From an uncultured delta proteobacterium (GTDB lineage: Bacteria > Desulfobacterota > Desulfobacteria > Desulfobacterales > JAHEIW01): a stretch of 64,000 bases of DNA. Below the pieces are notes generated by a model that was not told where the DNA came from, ran no database searches, and worked only from the letters and a program-made list of their open reading frames with translations. The DNA lies in NCBI GenBank assembly GCA_963706575.1, contig CAVPNL010000006.1:608001-672000 (forward strand), in the 5' to 3' direction. Made by a program: the position numbers and the translations under genes. Positions 1-9,005 of this stretch are shown here, piece by piece; positions within the stretch are counted from its first letter, which is position 1, and each line of letters opens with the position of its first letter.

Positions 1-760
1 CACCGGGGCCACCTCCCGACGGGTGGGTTACGTTATCGGCCTGTTTTTTATTTTGCTGGTGTTCTTGCCAAAATTTTCGGTCGTCCTGACATTGATGCCG
101 CTGCCGGTCATGGGCGCCGGTCTGCTGTATGTGGCCAGTTTTTTGATTGCTTCCGGGATCCAGCTGATCATGACCCGCATGATGGACTCGCGCCGAACCT
201 TTATCGTGGGGCTTTCCTTTCTGGCCGGAATCAGCATCGAGGTTCTGCCGGGGCTGTATCAGAACCTGTCCTCCTGGGCCAGCCCCTTATTCAGCAGCTC
301 TTTGACGATGGCCACCATCACGGCCTTCACGTTGAACCTGATCTTCAGGATCGGCGTATCGCAAAAAGCGTCCAGGGAATTGACGCGCGAAATGGATGTG
401 GGCGCCGAAATATACCGCTTTTTGGAAAACCAGGGCGCCAGATGGGGCGCGCGGCCCCAGGTTATTCATGAAGCCAAACACATTATGCGTGAGTTGGTCG
501 AAGCCCTTTTTATGCACGACAAAACCAAGGGCCCGGTTCAGATCGAGGCCCTGTTCGACGAATACAACCTCAACCTGCATGCCACCTACAACGGCAAGCC
601 CATGGAGTTTCCCCAAAGCCCCCCCACCGAAGACGAGCTGATGCTCGATCCCAATTCTTTGGCCATAATGTCGGGCTTTATGATTCAATTCATGGCCGAA
701 AAAGTCACCGCATCCGTCAACGCCAATATCTGCAAAGTCAGCATCCACATCACACATTAA
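1..760 (+). CDS. Xanthine/uracil (NCS2) family permease, 5'-truncated by the window edge, with a soluble C-terminal domain
   Basis: Hydrophobic helices with NCS2-like segments (PKFSVVLTLMPLPVMGA, SGIQLI, TLNLIFRIG), then a ~125 aa hydrophilic tail; stop TAA 758-760. Confidence 0.75.
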   Translation, partial: TGATSRRVGYVIGLFFILLVFLPKFSVVLTLMPLPVMGAGLLYVASFLIASGIQLIMTRMMDSRRTFIVGLSFLAGISIEVLPGLYQNLSSWASPLFSSSLTMATITAFTLNLIFRIGVSQKASRELTREMDVGAEIYRFLENQGARWGARPQVIHEAKHIMRELVEALFMHDKTKGPVQIEALFDEYNLNLHATYNGKPMEFPQSPPTEDELMLDPNSLAIMSGFMIQFMAEKVTASVNANICKVSIHITH

Positions 761-883
761 AAATTGTTTGGAGTATCCCCTGACTTCTGGATGAATATTC
801 AGCTGAAATGGGATCTTTATTTTGCAAAGCGGTCTGAAGCCGACAATCTAAAGGTCATCAAACCCTTATCTGTTCAATCTTGA
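761..883 (+). pseudogene. C-terminal remnant of a HigA-family antitoxin
   Basis: Manual translation KLFGVSPDFWMNIQLKWDLYFAKRSEADNLKVIKPLSVQS* matches the HigA C-terminal FGxSPxFWxNxQxxWDL pattern; no HTH or start upstream. Confidence 0.7.
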
Positions 884-946
884 CCCATTTGTCTGATCCT
901 TTGCCCTTTTTCCCTTGCTGTTGTTATTTCAATAAAATTAGATAAA

Positions 947-988
947 CCTCTGAAAAAGTCTTGACATTTTCAGAGGATACTGTAAATT
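947..988 (+). promoter_or_regulatory. Sigma70-like promoter overlapped by an inverted repeat
   Basis: TTGACA 961-966 and TAAATT 983-988 (16 bp spacer); arms CCTCTGAAAA 947-956 / TTTTCAGAGG 967-976 centred on the -35 box. Confidence 0.55.
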
Positions 989-994
989 TGTCAC

Positions 995-2212
995 ATGAAC
1001 CGCAGGTTGTTAACGAGGCTTCTGAAGCATCATTCACCGGAGAAAATGATATTATTACCGGGCCCCAGACAGGTGGGCAAAACCACTTTAGCCCAGATGG
1101 CGCTGGAGTCTTGGCCCGATAGGGGTGTGTATTTCAACTGGGATGTCGCAAACCACCGAGCGCGGATTTTGAGCAAAGAAGATCTGCTGGCAGATTATCG
1201 CAGGCCTTCGAAAAGGCCAATGATTGTATTTGATGAGCTGCATAAAATGCGCCGTTTCAAATCCTGGCTGAAGGGATTTTATGACGAGTTCAGAAATGAA
1301 GCAGCCATCTGGGTTACCGGAAGCGGACGACTAGATTTGTATCAAAAGGGCGGTGACAGCCTTTTGGGCCGGTATTTTCTCTATCGTATGCATCCGTTTT
1401 CCATAGGTGAACTGCACGGTCTAGAAAATGAGGATTTGTTACCCGATCCGGAGGAAAGCTGGAAAATTTTTATAAATGGTGATCTGGGGAGCGTCGATAT
1501 TGGACCCTTGCTCAACTTCGGAGGATTTCCGGAGCCTTATTTAAAGCAGGATAAAAGGTTTCACACAAGATGGATTCGATCCAGGCGTGAGTTGATCACC
1601 CATGAAGATGTCCGGGATTTAACGCGAATCGAAGACGTTGATCGCCTGGAGCACCTTGTCCGATTGTTAAACCCGCGGATTGCATCACCTTTGTCCATCA
1701 ATTCTTTTAGAGAAGATCTGGGTGTTGCTTTTGAAACGGTTCGAGGTTGGATTCATACACTCGAGCGCCTCTACTACATATATGGTGTTCCGCCTTACAG
1801 CCACCGCCTGCAGCGCGCCATCAAACGCGAACAGAAATATTATTTTTGGGATTGGTCTGAGGTCAATGAGGCGTCGGCGCGGTTTGAAAATTTTATTATG
1901 TCTCATCTCCTGAAGGCCTGCCATACTTGGTCTGATTTTGGTTTAGGAGAATTTAAACTCTGGTATGTCAGAGATAGAGAAAAACGCGAGGTCGATGCCC
2001 TAATTACGCGTGACAACAAACCGTGGCTGATAGTTGAGGTGAAACTGAATGAATTAAGTGTGTCAAAATCCTTGCAGCGCTTCGCAGAGCTTCTCAACTG
2101 CAACAAAATCGTTCAGGTTGTCAGCACTGATAATGTTTACCGCCAGGTAAAAATCGGGCCGCAAACCTGTCATCTTGTGTCTGCCGGCATCTTTCTCAGA
2201 TGGCTGGCGTAG
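995..2212 (+). CDS. ATP-binding protein, AAA_14 + DUF4143 family
   Basis: Walker A GPRQVGKT, Walker B FDELH, VTGSG, GGFPE and C-terminal REVDAL/EVK nuclease-like motif. Confidence 0.9.
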   Translation: MNRRLLTRLLKHHSPEKMILLPGPRQVGKTTLAQMALESWPDRGVYFNWDVANHRARILSKEDLLADYRRPSKRPMIVFDELHKMRRFKSWLKGFYDEFRNEAAIWVTGSGRLDLYQKGGDSLLGRYFLYRMHPFSIGELHGLENEDLLPDPEESWKIFINGDLGSVDIGPLLNFGGFPEPYLKQDKRFHTRWIRSRRELITHEDVRDLTRIEDVDRLEHLVRLLNPRIASPLSINSFREDLGVAFETVRGWIHTLERLYYIYGVPPYSHRLQRAIKREQKYYFWDWSEVNEASARFENFIMSHLLKACHTWSDFGLGEFKLWYVRDREKREVDALITRDNKPWLIVEVKLNELSVSKSLQRFAELLNCNKIVQVVSTDNVYRQVKIGPQTCHLVSAGIFLRWLA

Positions 2213-2269
2213 ATATTTGTTTTTCAAAATACGTCCACTTATTTCCTCATGACCTGTCTGTCTCCGCCA

Positions 2270-2477
2270 TGAATCGCTTGTCGCGCCGCAGCTTAAGCGA
2301 AGGAGGATCCTTCTGGGACCATGACGTGCCTGTCCTGCGTAGCTTTTAGCTTTATTAGCGAAACAGGATCGCTTTCCGTCATGAGCTGGCAAAGCAGGCG
2401 GATCAACCCACCGATTCTTTTTTCCTTATACCTTTTACCTTGAACCTTGTACCTGTATTTTATTTATATATTTATGT
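2270..2477. repeat. Intergenic repeat, copy 1 (REP-like hairpin block plus CCTTRTA-type tail ending TATATATTTATG)
   Basis: Aligns by eye with 4060-4275 (gcgccgYagcttWagcgaaggRggatcc, catgaSctggcaaagcag, ccttgtacctgtattt...tatatatttatg); tail also at 3960-4006. Confidence 0.75.
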
Positions 2478-2583
2478 CCCCCTTTTTGTTTTCAATTTTG
2501 GAAGTTGAAAATTTCATTTGGCATGTGATAGTAGATGATGGGTCTGGTATGTCGAACTCAACGGTCGATGAAAGGAGGCCCAT

Positions 2584-3911
2584 ATGGCATCCACAGGCGA
2601 CATCTCTTCTATCTATCAGCGTCCGGCGGAACTGTTGCAACGGCTGATTCGATTTGATACCACCAATCCGCCCGGCAACGAAGCCGACTGTATCGCCTTT
2701 ATCGATGAACTGCTGACAGGGGCGGGGATTAAAACCACCATTCTGGCCGCGCACCCGAACGCCCCAATCTGATCGCGCGATTATCCGGCCAGGGGAACGC
2801 ACCGCCGCTTTTGCTATACGGCCACGTGGATGTCGTCACGACCAAAAATCAAAAGTGGCAGCATCCGCCTTTTGAGGGCAAGATTTCAGATGGTTTCATC
2901 TGGGGCCGTGGCGCCCTGGATATGAAAGGCGGAATCGCGATGATGCTGTCCGCTTTTATTCGGGCAAAGGAAGAAGGTTTGGGCTTGCCCGGAGATGTCG
3001 TCCTGGCCATCGTTAGTGACGAGGAAGCGCTTGGAGGTTTTGGCGCCAGATTCCTGGTCGAAAACCATCCGGATTTGTTTGAAGGCATCCGATACGCCAT
3101 CGGAGAATTCGGGGGGTTTTCGATATATGTTGGAAAAAAGAAATTTTATCCGATTTCGATCGCCGAAAAGCAGGTTTGCTGGATAAAGGCTACGCTTCGG
3201 GGGCCGGCCGGCCACGGTTCTTTGCCTGCCCGCGGCGGCGCTATGGCAAAACTGTCCCGGCTTCTTCAAAAATTGGATAAGAAACGGCTGCCGGTGCATA
3301 TCACTTCAACTGCTCGGCTGATGTTCAAAACCATGGCCTCGGCCCTGGGTGGGCTGAACGGGATTATCCTCGGTCAATTGCTAAATCCATCCCTGACAAA
3401 CATCGTACTGAATGTGTTTGGTGAACGCGGTCATGTTTTCGATCCCTTGTTGCACAACACGGTAAATGCCACAGTGCTGCACGGAAGCGAAAAAATCAAT
3501 GTGGTCCCCGGCGAGGTTTCTGTGGAACTGGATGGCCGCTTGCTTCCGGGTTTTGAGCCAGACGATATGATTGCTGAGCTGCGCCGGATAATCGGCCAGG
3601 ATGTGGAACTCGAGGTGCTTCATTTCGATCCGGGGCCGGCCGAGCCGGATATGGGACTGTTTGACAAACTTGCCGATATATTGTGTGAGTTTGATCCTGA
3701 AGGCAAGCCGTTACCGCTATTATTAAGTGGAACTTCCGATGCACGGTTTTTCACGCGCCTGGGAATACAAACATACGGTTATTTACCGACGCCACTGCCA
3801 AAAGATTTTAATTTCTCAAAAACCATCCATGCCGCCGACGAACGCATTCCCATCGAGGCGGTTGATTTTGGCGCTAACGCTGTCTATGAAGTTCTCAAAC
3901 GTTTTGAATAG
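2584..3911 (+). CDS. M20/M25/M40 metallo-amidohydrolase split by one frameshift near 2757
   Basis: LIRFDTTNPPGNE (2584 ORF) continues in another frame as RPNLIARL...LLYGHVDVV; GRGALDMKG, DEE, GHGS, TIHAADE motifs. One added base restores a ~443 aa ORF. Confidence 0.85.
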
Positions 3912-3959
3912 AAAATCTGAAAACCGGTGATAATCATTTCTTCCTTACTTTTTCCATGT

Positions 3960-4275
3960 GCCTTATACCTTGAGCCTTGTACCGGATTTTAATTTATATA
4001 TTTATGAACGTCCCTCTCTATGAAGCGCCTGCCGGGGCGGAGCTCGTACGAGCGAAGACTGGCTTATCGCGCCGTAGCTTTAGCGAAGGGGGATCCTCCT
4101 GGAGACCATGAAATGTCGTTCTGCGCCATGACCTGGCAAAGCAGCTGAATCAGCTTACCAATTCTTTTTTCCCTTATATCTTCTACCGCGCCTGCCCAGT
4201 TAAATAATTCCTATAATTGGAGCGTAGCGGATTTAAACGGGGCGCCTTGTACCTGTATTTTTTTATATATTTATG
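3960..4275. repeat. Intergenic repeat: tail-only copy (3960-4006) and full copy 2 (4060-4275)
   Basis: Direct-repeat similarity to 2270-2477. Confidence 0.7.
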
Positions 4276-4423
4276 GGATTTCTCGCTTTACTCATATTGC
4301 CTTTATTTTTCCAATGTTTTTTCTATGATTTTTTATGAACTTTTAGTATTGTTCAGTTGTATTTATTTGGTAAAACTGTAACCTAATTATATTTCTTGTA
4401 AAATAATCAGCGAGAGAGCCTTA

Positions 4424-5884
4424 ATGAAGAAAACCGTTTTCATGATAGTATCAGCAGTATTACTTCTGGTATTTTTCATGGTTACAAAAACAGTTTCTTT
4501 CAAGCCAAAGCAGGTGGATGCTGAGCAGGCAGAGGCCACCAGAGTAGATGTGCAGAAGGCTGTTCAAAACTTATCACGCGCTGTGAAGTTCAGGACCATT
4601 TCAGATTCCAATCAAGCTAAGATTAATCCTCTTGAGTTTGAATCTTTTCATCAGTTTCTTGAAGAGGCATTTCCCCGACTTCACGACGCCTTGATTAAAG
4701 AGGTTATCGATGATTACGGGCTGCTTTACACATGGAAAGGAAAAGATTCCAATGTTAAGCCCATCTTGTTAATGGCTCATATGGATGTGGTGCCTATTGC
4801 ACAGGACACGCTGAATGATTGGCATTACCCTCCATTTGAAGGCCGTGTAGCGGAAGGCTTTGTATGGGGGAGGGGTACCCTAGACGATAAACTAAGCCTC
4901 CTGGGAATCATGGAAGCAGTTGAAGCACTTTTGACCGAAAATTATACTCCACGACGCACTATTTATTTGGCTTTTGGCCATGATGAAGAAGTTGGGGGTC
5001 AAAGGGGCGCACTTCAGATTGCACGAATTCTCATATCGAGAGGGGGGAAATGCGAGTATATACTTGATGAATCCGGTGCTGTTGCCACAGGGATTTTACC
5101 CTGGATTTCTTCACCAGTGGCTTTGATTGGAATAGCTGAGAAGGGTTATTTAACGCTGAAGCTTTCAGTAGAACACGAGGGAGGTCATTCTTCCATGCCT
5201 TCTCTTAATAATGCAATCGGTATTTTAGCCACCGCGATTCATAATCTTGATAAGAATCCGTTTCCGTCGCGACTCGATGGTACGATGGGGCAGTTTTTTG
5301 AATACGTGGGACCAGAATTGCCACCCACGATGAAATTTTTTATCGCAAATAAATGGCTTTTCGGGGGACTGATAAAAAGCCAGCTCAAAGGAGCCCCTTC
5401 CAGTTATGCATTGATACATACCACAACCGCTACTACGGTTGTGCGTGCCGGTCAATTAGAAAACATGTTGCCGCAAAGAGCGGAAGCCGTTGTCAACCTC
5501 AGGCTTTTGCCAGGTGATACCATAGATTATGCGATCGAGTATGTTAAGAGAGCTGTCGGAGATCAGCGTGTCAAGGTCAGCATTGCCGGTAATAGCGCAT
5601 GTGAAGCATCTAAAATTTCAGATGTCAGATCTGAAGGTTTTAAGATTCTTGAGCGTACGATTCGTCAGGTTTTTCCAGATTCCTTAGTGGCACCATTTCT
5701 GGTTCCGGCATCCACAGACGCCCGTCATTATAGCGGAATCAGTGACAGTATTTTACGTTTCCTTCCAATCAGAATGGATAAAGATGATTTCAAAAGAATC
5801 CACGGTACAAATGAAAGGATAGGTGTGGATAACTATAAGAGTGCCGTCGAATTCTATATCCAGCTAATTCGGAATTCAAATTGA
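4424..5884 (+). CDS. M20 family peptidase, carboxypeptidase S / PM20D1-like, with N-terminal anchor
   Basis: Hydrophobic N-terminus; LMAHMDVVP, WGRGTLDDK, HDEEVGG, GGHSSMP, IHGTNERI motifs. Confidence 0.88.
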   Translation: MKKTVFMIVSAVLLLVFFMVTKTVSFKPKQVDAEQAEATRVDVQKAVQNLSRAVKFRTISDSNQAKINPLEFESFHQFLEEAFPRLHDALIKEVIDDYGLLYTWKGKDSNVKPILLMAHMDVVPIAQDTLNDWHYPPFEGRVAEGFVWGRGTLDDKLSLLGIMEAVEALLTENYTPRRTIYLAFGHDEEVGGQRGALQIARILISRGGKCEYILDESGAVATGILPWISSPVALIGIAEKGYLTLKLSVEHEGGHSSMPSLNNAIGILATAIHNLDKNPFPSRLDGTMGQFFEYVGPELPPTMKFFIANKWLFGGLIKSQLKGAPSSYALIHTTTATTVVRAGQLENMLPQRAEAVVNLRLLPGDTIDYAIEYVKRAVGDQRVKVSIAGNSACEASKISDVRSEGFKILERTIRQVFPDSLVAPFLVPASTDARHYSGISDSILRFLPIRMDKDDFKRIHGTNERIGVDNYKSAVEFYIQLIRNSN

Positions 5885-6044
5885 TATCTGAAAATGAGCG
5901 GATTGAAGCCATTGGAATGGAAATGATCCTTGTTGTTAATCATCATTTTTTTGGTTCAAAATGCATTGTATTATTTAGATAGGCCAAATCATCTCCGCAT
6001 TGATTATTGCTGCTGATAAAGCTTTCAGCTATCATTAAAATACG

Positions 6045-7418
6045 ATGAGATTGTTATTAATTAATCCTTTTGATAAAGATACATGCGCATTTGCCGGGCA
6101 ATTTCCACCGCTGGGGCTCGGTTATATTGCTGCTGCAACCCCTCCTGAATGCCAAATCGAATTTATAGATGAGAATGTCGAGGAATTTGTTCCTCAAAAA
6201 GCAGACCTTGTCGCCTTATCTGTTATGACGATACAGGCGAATCGGAGTTATGAAATCTGCAACATTTATAAAAAAATGGGCATACCGGTCGTTGTCGGCG
6301 GTATACATGCATCCATGTTGCCGGAAGAAGCCCTGAACTATGCTTCATCTGTTGTGATCGGTGAAGCCGAAAGATTGTGGCCTACCGTAATTAATGATTT
6401 CATGAATGGCCGATTAAAACCAATATATAAAAATGATTCCTTCCCATCCCTCAAGAATATGGTAATTCCTAAAAGGGATATTTACAGCAAAAAATACAAA
6501 TACGACACGATCCAGACCTCCAGAGGTTGTCCTTTCAATTGTGAATTTTGTTCCGTCTCTGTTTTTAACGGCAGAAAATTTAGATTGAGACCGGTCGATG
6601 AGGTGGTTGAAGAACTCAAGTCAATCAAAAAGAAACTCATTTTTTTTGTCGATGATAACATTATTGGTGTTGGCAGGCAAAACGAAGAAAGGGCTATGGA
6701 ATTATTTGAAGCCATCATCAGGAGCGGGGTCAAAAAATACTGGATTTCTCAAGCCTCGGTCAATGTTGCCAAAAATGAAGAGTTGTTGAAACTGATGAAA
6801 AAAAGCGGATGCCAGGGGCTTCTGATGGGCTTTGAATCCCTTGAAACGGCAAAATTAAAGGAATACGGTAAGTCACAGAATGTAGTACAAAACATGAGTC
6901 CTGAAAAGCTTTATAGAGATGTCATCGATAAGCTTCATCAGCATGGATTGTCAGTCAATGGCTATTTTTGTTATGGTTATGAAGATACAAAAGAATCGAT
7001 ACTTGATTCCCTTGAGTTCATCTTGAAGGCCAAGCTGGATGTGGTCAACACCCCTATAATCGTTCCCACCCCTGGAACGCCCTTGTATGAGAAATTATAT
7101 GACCAGATTGAATATAAAGATTTTCCCAAAGACTGGAAAAAGTATCTGGGGTTGCTGGTTTATCAACCAAAAGCGAAGTCTAGAAAAGATTTTTATAAAG
7201 CCTATATTGCTTCAGCGGAAAAGCTTGCTTCTGTAAAAGAGATTCTCAGGAGATGCCTTACCACTTTTTTGCACTCCAAAAGCCCGTTTCATGCCTTTAT
7301 TTTTCTTTTAATTAATTGGAATTATCGAAAATTGAGAAAAGATCATCTATCATTCATGTTGAAAGAGGACAAGGATTTTAAATTAGCGCATGAGGAATTG
7401 CGAGCTGGATTTCATTGA
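6045..7418 (+). CDS. B12-binding domain radical SAM protein
   Basis: PPLGL...VVVGGIHAS...GEAE cobalamin domain; SRGCPFNCEFC CxxxCxxC motif; PTPGTPLY. Confidence 0.9.
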   Translation: MRLLLINPFDKDTCAFAGQFPPLGLGYIAAATPPECQIEFIDENVEEFVPQKADLVALSVMTIQANRSYEICNIYKKMGIPVVVGGIHASMLPEEALNYASSVVIGEAERLWPTVINDFMNGRLKPIYKNDSFPSLKNMVIPKRDIYSKKYKYDTIQTSRGCPFNCEFCSVSVFNGRKFRLRPVDEVVEELKSIKKKLIFFVDDNIIGVGRQNEERAMELFEAIIRSGVKKYWISQASVNVAKNEELLKLMKKSGCQGLLMGFESLETAKLKEYGKSQNVVQNMSPEKLYRDVIDKLHQHGLSVNGYFCYGYEDTKESILDSLEFILKAKLDVVNTPIIVPTPGTPLYEKLYDQIEYKDFPKDWKKYLGLLVYQPKAKSRKDFYKAYIASAEKLASVKEILRRCLTTFLHSKSPFHAFIFLLINWNYRKLRKDHLSFMLKEDKDFKLAHEELRAGFH

Positions 7419-7563
7419 TGGTTTAGTGACGAATTTATACTTGCGTTCAACGAATTGTTCACCGCTACGAGCTGCCAATATTTGTGAATAATGATGCATC
7501 AATCGAATTGCCGCAAACCAAAAACGAATAGACATTTCGCCATTTAGACGGGGTATCGATACA

Positions 7564-8937
7564 ATGAAGGTGCTTTTAATTCTTCCCGACACCAAGGGAA
7601 GCTTTGATGTCTACCAACAATCTTTTTTTACCAAAACCCTGAAATTTTTATACGCAGGCTTTAACGCCGGCAATAATGTTTACATACCACCACTCGGTCC
7701 TCTTACGATTGCAGCTTGGACGCCGGAGCACTTTGACATTCAAATCACCGATGAGAAAGTGGATGGTGAGGTCGATTTCGAGACCGATACGGATCTCGTT
7801 GGTATCAGTATCTCCGCTCACTCAGCCTGCCGGGGCTATCAGTTGGCCGATCAATTCCGCAAAAGGGGCAGAAAAGTCGTTCTCGGCGGTTTTCATGTTT
7901 CATCTGAACCGCAGGAGGCTCTCGAGCATGCCGATGCGGTTGTCGTCGGAGAGGCCGAATCTGTATGGAACGAGGTTTTAGAAGATGCAAGATCAAATGG
8001 TCTAAAAAAGATATATAGGGGAGATGATTTTCTATCGCTTAACAGTGCACCTTTCCCGAGGTGGGATCTAATCGACACGGATCGTTATATGCTCAGGCAT
8101 ACCATCCAGGCCACCAGGGGATGTCCTTTCACCTGTGAATTCTGCAGCGTTGCGTCTTTTTTTAGAGGGTCGTTCAGGGCTAAGCCCGTCGAGCAGGTTC
8201 TCCAGGAGCTAGGACCTCTTAAAAAGGGAGATTTTATATGTTTTGTGGACGATAATATCGTGGGTTCACCTCGTTATGCTGCCGATCTCTTCAGGGCGCT
8301 TCGACCGCTAAAAATAAAATGGATCAGCCAGTCTTCGATCACCATAGCGAATGACGAGGAGCTACTAAAACTGGCGGCGGAGAGCGGGTGTGTCTGCCTG
8401 CTGATCGGCATCGAAACTGTGGAACCTTCAAACGGGGTTTACATGCAAGACAAGTTCATACCCCACAAGATCGAAAAGCAAATCGGACGGATTCACGAGG
8501 CAGGCATAGGGATCAATGGGACTTTCATGCTCGGCCTGGATGGGGATACGCCCGGGACATTTGACAGGACCGCCGATTTTTGTATCAAAAACGCGATTGA
8601 ACTGCCAACCTTCAATGTCTACAGCCCGATACCCGGGACACCGATGTTTAAGCGCATGAAAGCTGAGGGCAGATTAGCGCATGACGGTTACCGCGAGTAT
8701 GAAGATCTGCTTTTTCGGCGAAAGTTATTTCATGTCCTCAAAGGGATGTCGCAAAAAGAGTTCTACGAGGGATTCGACAGGATGTGCCGTAAGGTGTTTT
8801 CCTACAGGAATATCCTGAGCCGCAATCTAAGGTACCGGAACAGCTTTAAAGAATATCTTTATGCCAATTTTGTCTGGCGCCAGTGCGATTTCCAGCTCGG
8901 GCGCCGCAGTATAGCTGATATGCACCTTCAAAATTAA
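7564..8937 (+). CDS. B12-binding domain radical SAM protein (paralogue of the preceding gene)
   Basis: PPLGPL...VVLGGFHVS...GEAE; TRGCPFTCEFC; PIPGTPMF. Confidence 0.9.
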   Translation: MKVLLILPDTKGSFDVYQQSFFTKTLKFLYAGFNAGNNVYIPPLGPLTIAAWTPEHFDIQITDEKVDGEVDFETDTDLVGISISAHSACRGYQLADQFRKRGRKVVLGGFHVSSEPQEALEHADAVVVGEAESVWNEVLEDARSNGLKKIYRGDDFLSLNSAPFPRWDLIDTDRYMLRHTIQATRGCPFTCEFCSVASFFRGSFRAKPVEQVLQELGPLKKGDFICFVDDNIVGSPRYAADLFRALRPLKIKWISQSSITIANDEELLKLAAESGCVCLLIGIETVEPSNGVYMQDKFIPHKIEKQIGRIHEAGIGINGTFMLGLDGDTPGTFDRTADFCIKNAIELPTFNVYSPIPGTPMFKRMKAEGRLAHDGYREYEDLLFRRKLFHVLKGMSQKEFYEGFDRMCRKVFSYRNILSRNLRYRNSFKEYLYANFVWRQCDFQLGRRSIADMHLQN

Positions 8938-9005
8938 GGCCTCCGGTAAAAGATATGGTTCCTGGTCTGGCATGCTATATTTTTTATTACGGGGTATGGT
9001 TTTAC

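Noticed and set aside
2770..2772. TGA in the M20 gene as a selenocysteine codon
   Set aside because: The conserved sequence (RPNLIARL) continues in a different frame, so this is an indel and not readthrough.
2445..4275. TATATATTTATG motifs as dif/Xer or integron attC sites
   Set aside because: No TTATGTTAAAT XerD arm, no RYYYAAC/GTTRRRY ends and no integrase.
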